Part shown: positions 62,274 through 64,000 of the stretch, piece by piece
Layout: each line of letters opens with the position of its first letter
Position numbering within the stretch: position 1 is the stretch's first letter
Assembly: GCF_041956535.1 (NCBI RefSeq)
Contig: NW_027192195.1
Location: forward strand, 35,731-99,730
DNA: 64,000 bases
Direction: 5' to 3'
DNA from: Calcarisporiella thermophila CBS 279.70
Lineage: Eukaryota; Fungi; Calcarisporiellomycota
Notes under the pieces: generated by a model
What the model was told of the DNA's origin: nothing
The model's input: the letters and a program-made list of their open reading frames with translations, nothing else
Database searches by the model: none
Made by a program: the position numbers and the translations under genes

Positions 62274-64000
62274 ATGACTGACAATCCGACCTCTAAACCG
62301 TCGAAGACAGAATCCAAAGTAGCGGCCATTGCTCGACGACTCTCAGCTGTTAGTAATTCTTCCGCTTCTAGCCCTACCGCAGGAACTAAACCCCTGGTGA
62401 AAAAGGTATCCTCAGCTTCCCCCACCGATGCAGTAAGGACAACCACCACGAGGACTACGACTACAGGGACTGCGCGGGCATCTGGAACGACAGGCAGTAA
62501 GACGGTCGGGACAAAGTCGCCTACGACAGGAGTAACAAAATCGGCAACTGGGACGACGGCTAAACGAGTCATGAGCCCAACGACCTCATCTCGCACGACG
62601 TCGACTACGCGTCCCTCCGCTGCCACAAGCACCGTGACGAGGCCAACTGCTACCTCTACCGCTGCCAAGCGGTTGTCCACCACTGTCTCCAAGCCGACGA
62701 CCACCGCAGCTAAGACTCCAGCAACCGCTGCCAGTAAACCCACCACTACGGTTCGTAAAGTCAGCTCGGCTTCCACTGCTTCAACTGGAGCAACACGCTC
62801 CTCCCTCACTGGAGTGAAGAAGCCGGCCGTGGCAAATGGAACTGGTGAGGAGGTAAAGGTTCTCAAGGAGAAAGAGGCTGAATTACAAAAGCTCTTGGCA
62901 GAGAAAGAAGAATTGCTCAAGGAACGTGACAATGAGCTGGAGCAGCTTCGTGAAAAGCTCTCTGCTGCCACCGCCCCTGAGAGCGACGAACGAGGACCCG
63001 AAATCGACAGTGAAACCGCGCGTGAGCAGGAACCCACTCCACAGCCTGAGGAAGAGAATGTGCTTATTGAGAAACACCGTGAGGAGATGGAGGCGTTGCG
63101 TGCAGAGCATGAGCGTGCTCTAGCCAATGCCGAAAGCGCAAAGGATGAGTTAATACAGAAGCACGAGGAGGAACTTCATCGGATGCGAGAGGAGCACACC
63201 GTCGAGCTGGAGCGCGTCCGTGCGGAATTGAATGAAGCAGTGGCCAACAAGTCTGCAAACGAGGAAACTTCACGACTGGAAGAGTCAAAATTCCTTGAAC
63301 AGCAAGCCCTTCACCAAAAGAAGCTTGCTGAACTGAGTGCGCTCGTAGAGAAACATCGGGAGGAAATAGAGGAGGTCCGCAAGGAGCATGCCCGCGAACT
63401 TGCAAACGTCGAGGCAACTAAAGTAATGCTCGAGAAAGAGCTAGAGGACATGAAACAGCAGGCTGCTGAAGAGCACGCACAAGACCTCGAGCGGTTGCGG
63501 GAGGAGCTGGCGGGTGAGGTAACAGAGAAAGAGCAAGAGATCTCGAACTTGCAGTCCGAGATCTCGAAGCTACAGCAGCAGGTTGAAGAGGTGCGCTCTT
63601 CTCTTGAAGAGGAGAGTCGTCAGGCGATCGAGCAGCTGAAAACCGCGCACAAGGAGGAGCTGAACCTGCTGATCGAGCAAGGCAAATCCGCTGCCGCAGA
63701 GGATGGCAAAAAGGAAAAGGAAATGCAAGAATTATTAGAGAGCACGGAGAAGAAATGGATGGAAGCAGAAGAGGGCTTGAAGGCATTGGCCGAAAAACAC
63801 GCCCAGGAGCTCAAGGATATGTCCGAGCAGCATGAGCAGCTGGTGGCCACTCTGAAAAATGAACACGCTGGATTGCTCGAGGCCGAAGTCACGAGAGCAC
63901 GAGAAGAAATTGAGAACCTTAAGTCGAGCCACGAAGCAGCGATCCAAGAGAGGTCCATCACGGCTGAAAATGCAGTGCGGGATGCCTTCGAGCAAGAAAA
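62274..64000 (+). CDS. Long coiled-coil protein with a Ser/Thr/Lys/Arg-rich N-terminus (3'-partial)
   Basis: Open frame from AAAATG to the window end (absent from the ORF track because it has no stop). ~190-aa basic Thr/Ser-rich region, then a Glu-rich helical region with recurring H-x-x-E-L motifs. Confidence 0.85.
   Translation, partial: MTDNPTSKPSKTESKVAAIARRLSAVSNSSASSPTAGTKPLVKKVSSASPTDAVRTTTTRTTTTGTARASGTTGSKTVGTKSPTTGVTKSATGTTAKRVMSPTTSSRTTSTTRPSAATSTVTRPTATSTAAKRLSTTVSKPTTTAAKTPATAASKPTTTVRKVSSASTASTGATRSSLTGVKKPAVANGTGEEVKVLKEKEAELQKLLAEKEELLKERDNELEQLREKLSAATAPESDERGPEIDSETAREQEPTPQPEEENVLIEKHREEMEALRAEHERALANAESAKDELIQKHEEELHRMREEHTVELERVRAELNEAVANKSANEETSRLEESKFLEQQALHQKKLAELSALVEKHREEIEEVRKEHARELANVEATKVMLEKELEDMKQQAAEEHAQDLERLREELAGEVTEKEQEISNLQSEISKLQQQVEEVRSSLEEESRQAIEQLKTAHKEELNLLIEQGKSAAAEDGKKEKEMQELLESTEKKWMEAEEGLKALAEKHAQELKDMSEQHEQLVATLKNEHAGLLEAEVTRAREEIENLKSSHEAAIQERSITAENAVRDAFEQE

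Noticed and set aside
62264-63995. Several minus-strand ORFs (e.g. 287 aa)
   Set aside because: Antisense to the long open plus-strand coiled-coil CDS.

Overview
Intron-rich eukaryotic DNA that reads as fungal. An early-diverging lineage (Mucoromycota/Zoopagomycota-like) is suggested by the Crinkler locus, the ceruloplasmin-like oxidase and the UBE2L3-like E2, but this is inference. The first ~9 kb is very AT-rich and accessory-like: a Crinkler-NTPase-REase pseudogene, a secreted tandem-repeat protein and several palindromes. The rest is gene-dense. Housekeeping genes: FIP1, TOM70, UBC6, a second E2, an RBR E3, a NAP-family chaperone, mitochondrial LysRS and two MFS transporters. Regulators: a GATA factor, an atypical GATA+PHD protein, a minimal velvet protein and a Mei2-like RRM protein. 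An AA11 LPMO is also present. The most notable items only appear after manual splicing: (1) a secreted TWO-domain ceruloplasmin-like multicopper oxidase with a complete copper-ligand set; (2) a single-pass receptor-like pseudokinase; (3) a ~155-aa velvet-domain-only protein; (4) several candidate micropeptides. No rRNA, tRNA, CRISPR or intact transposon was recognised. Exon boundaries were placed by eye from GT-AG sites and frame continuity.
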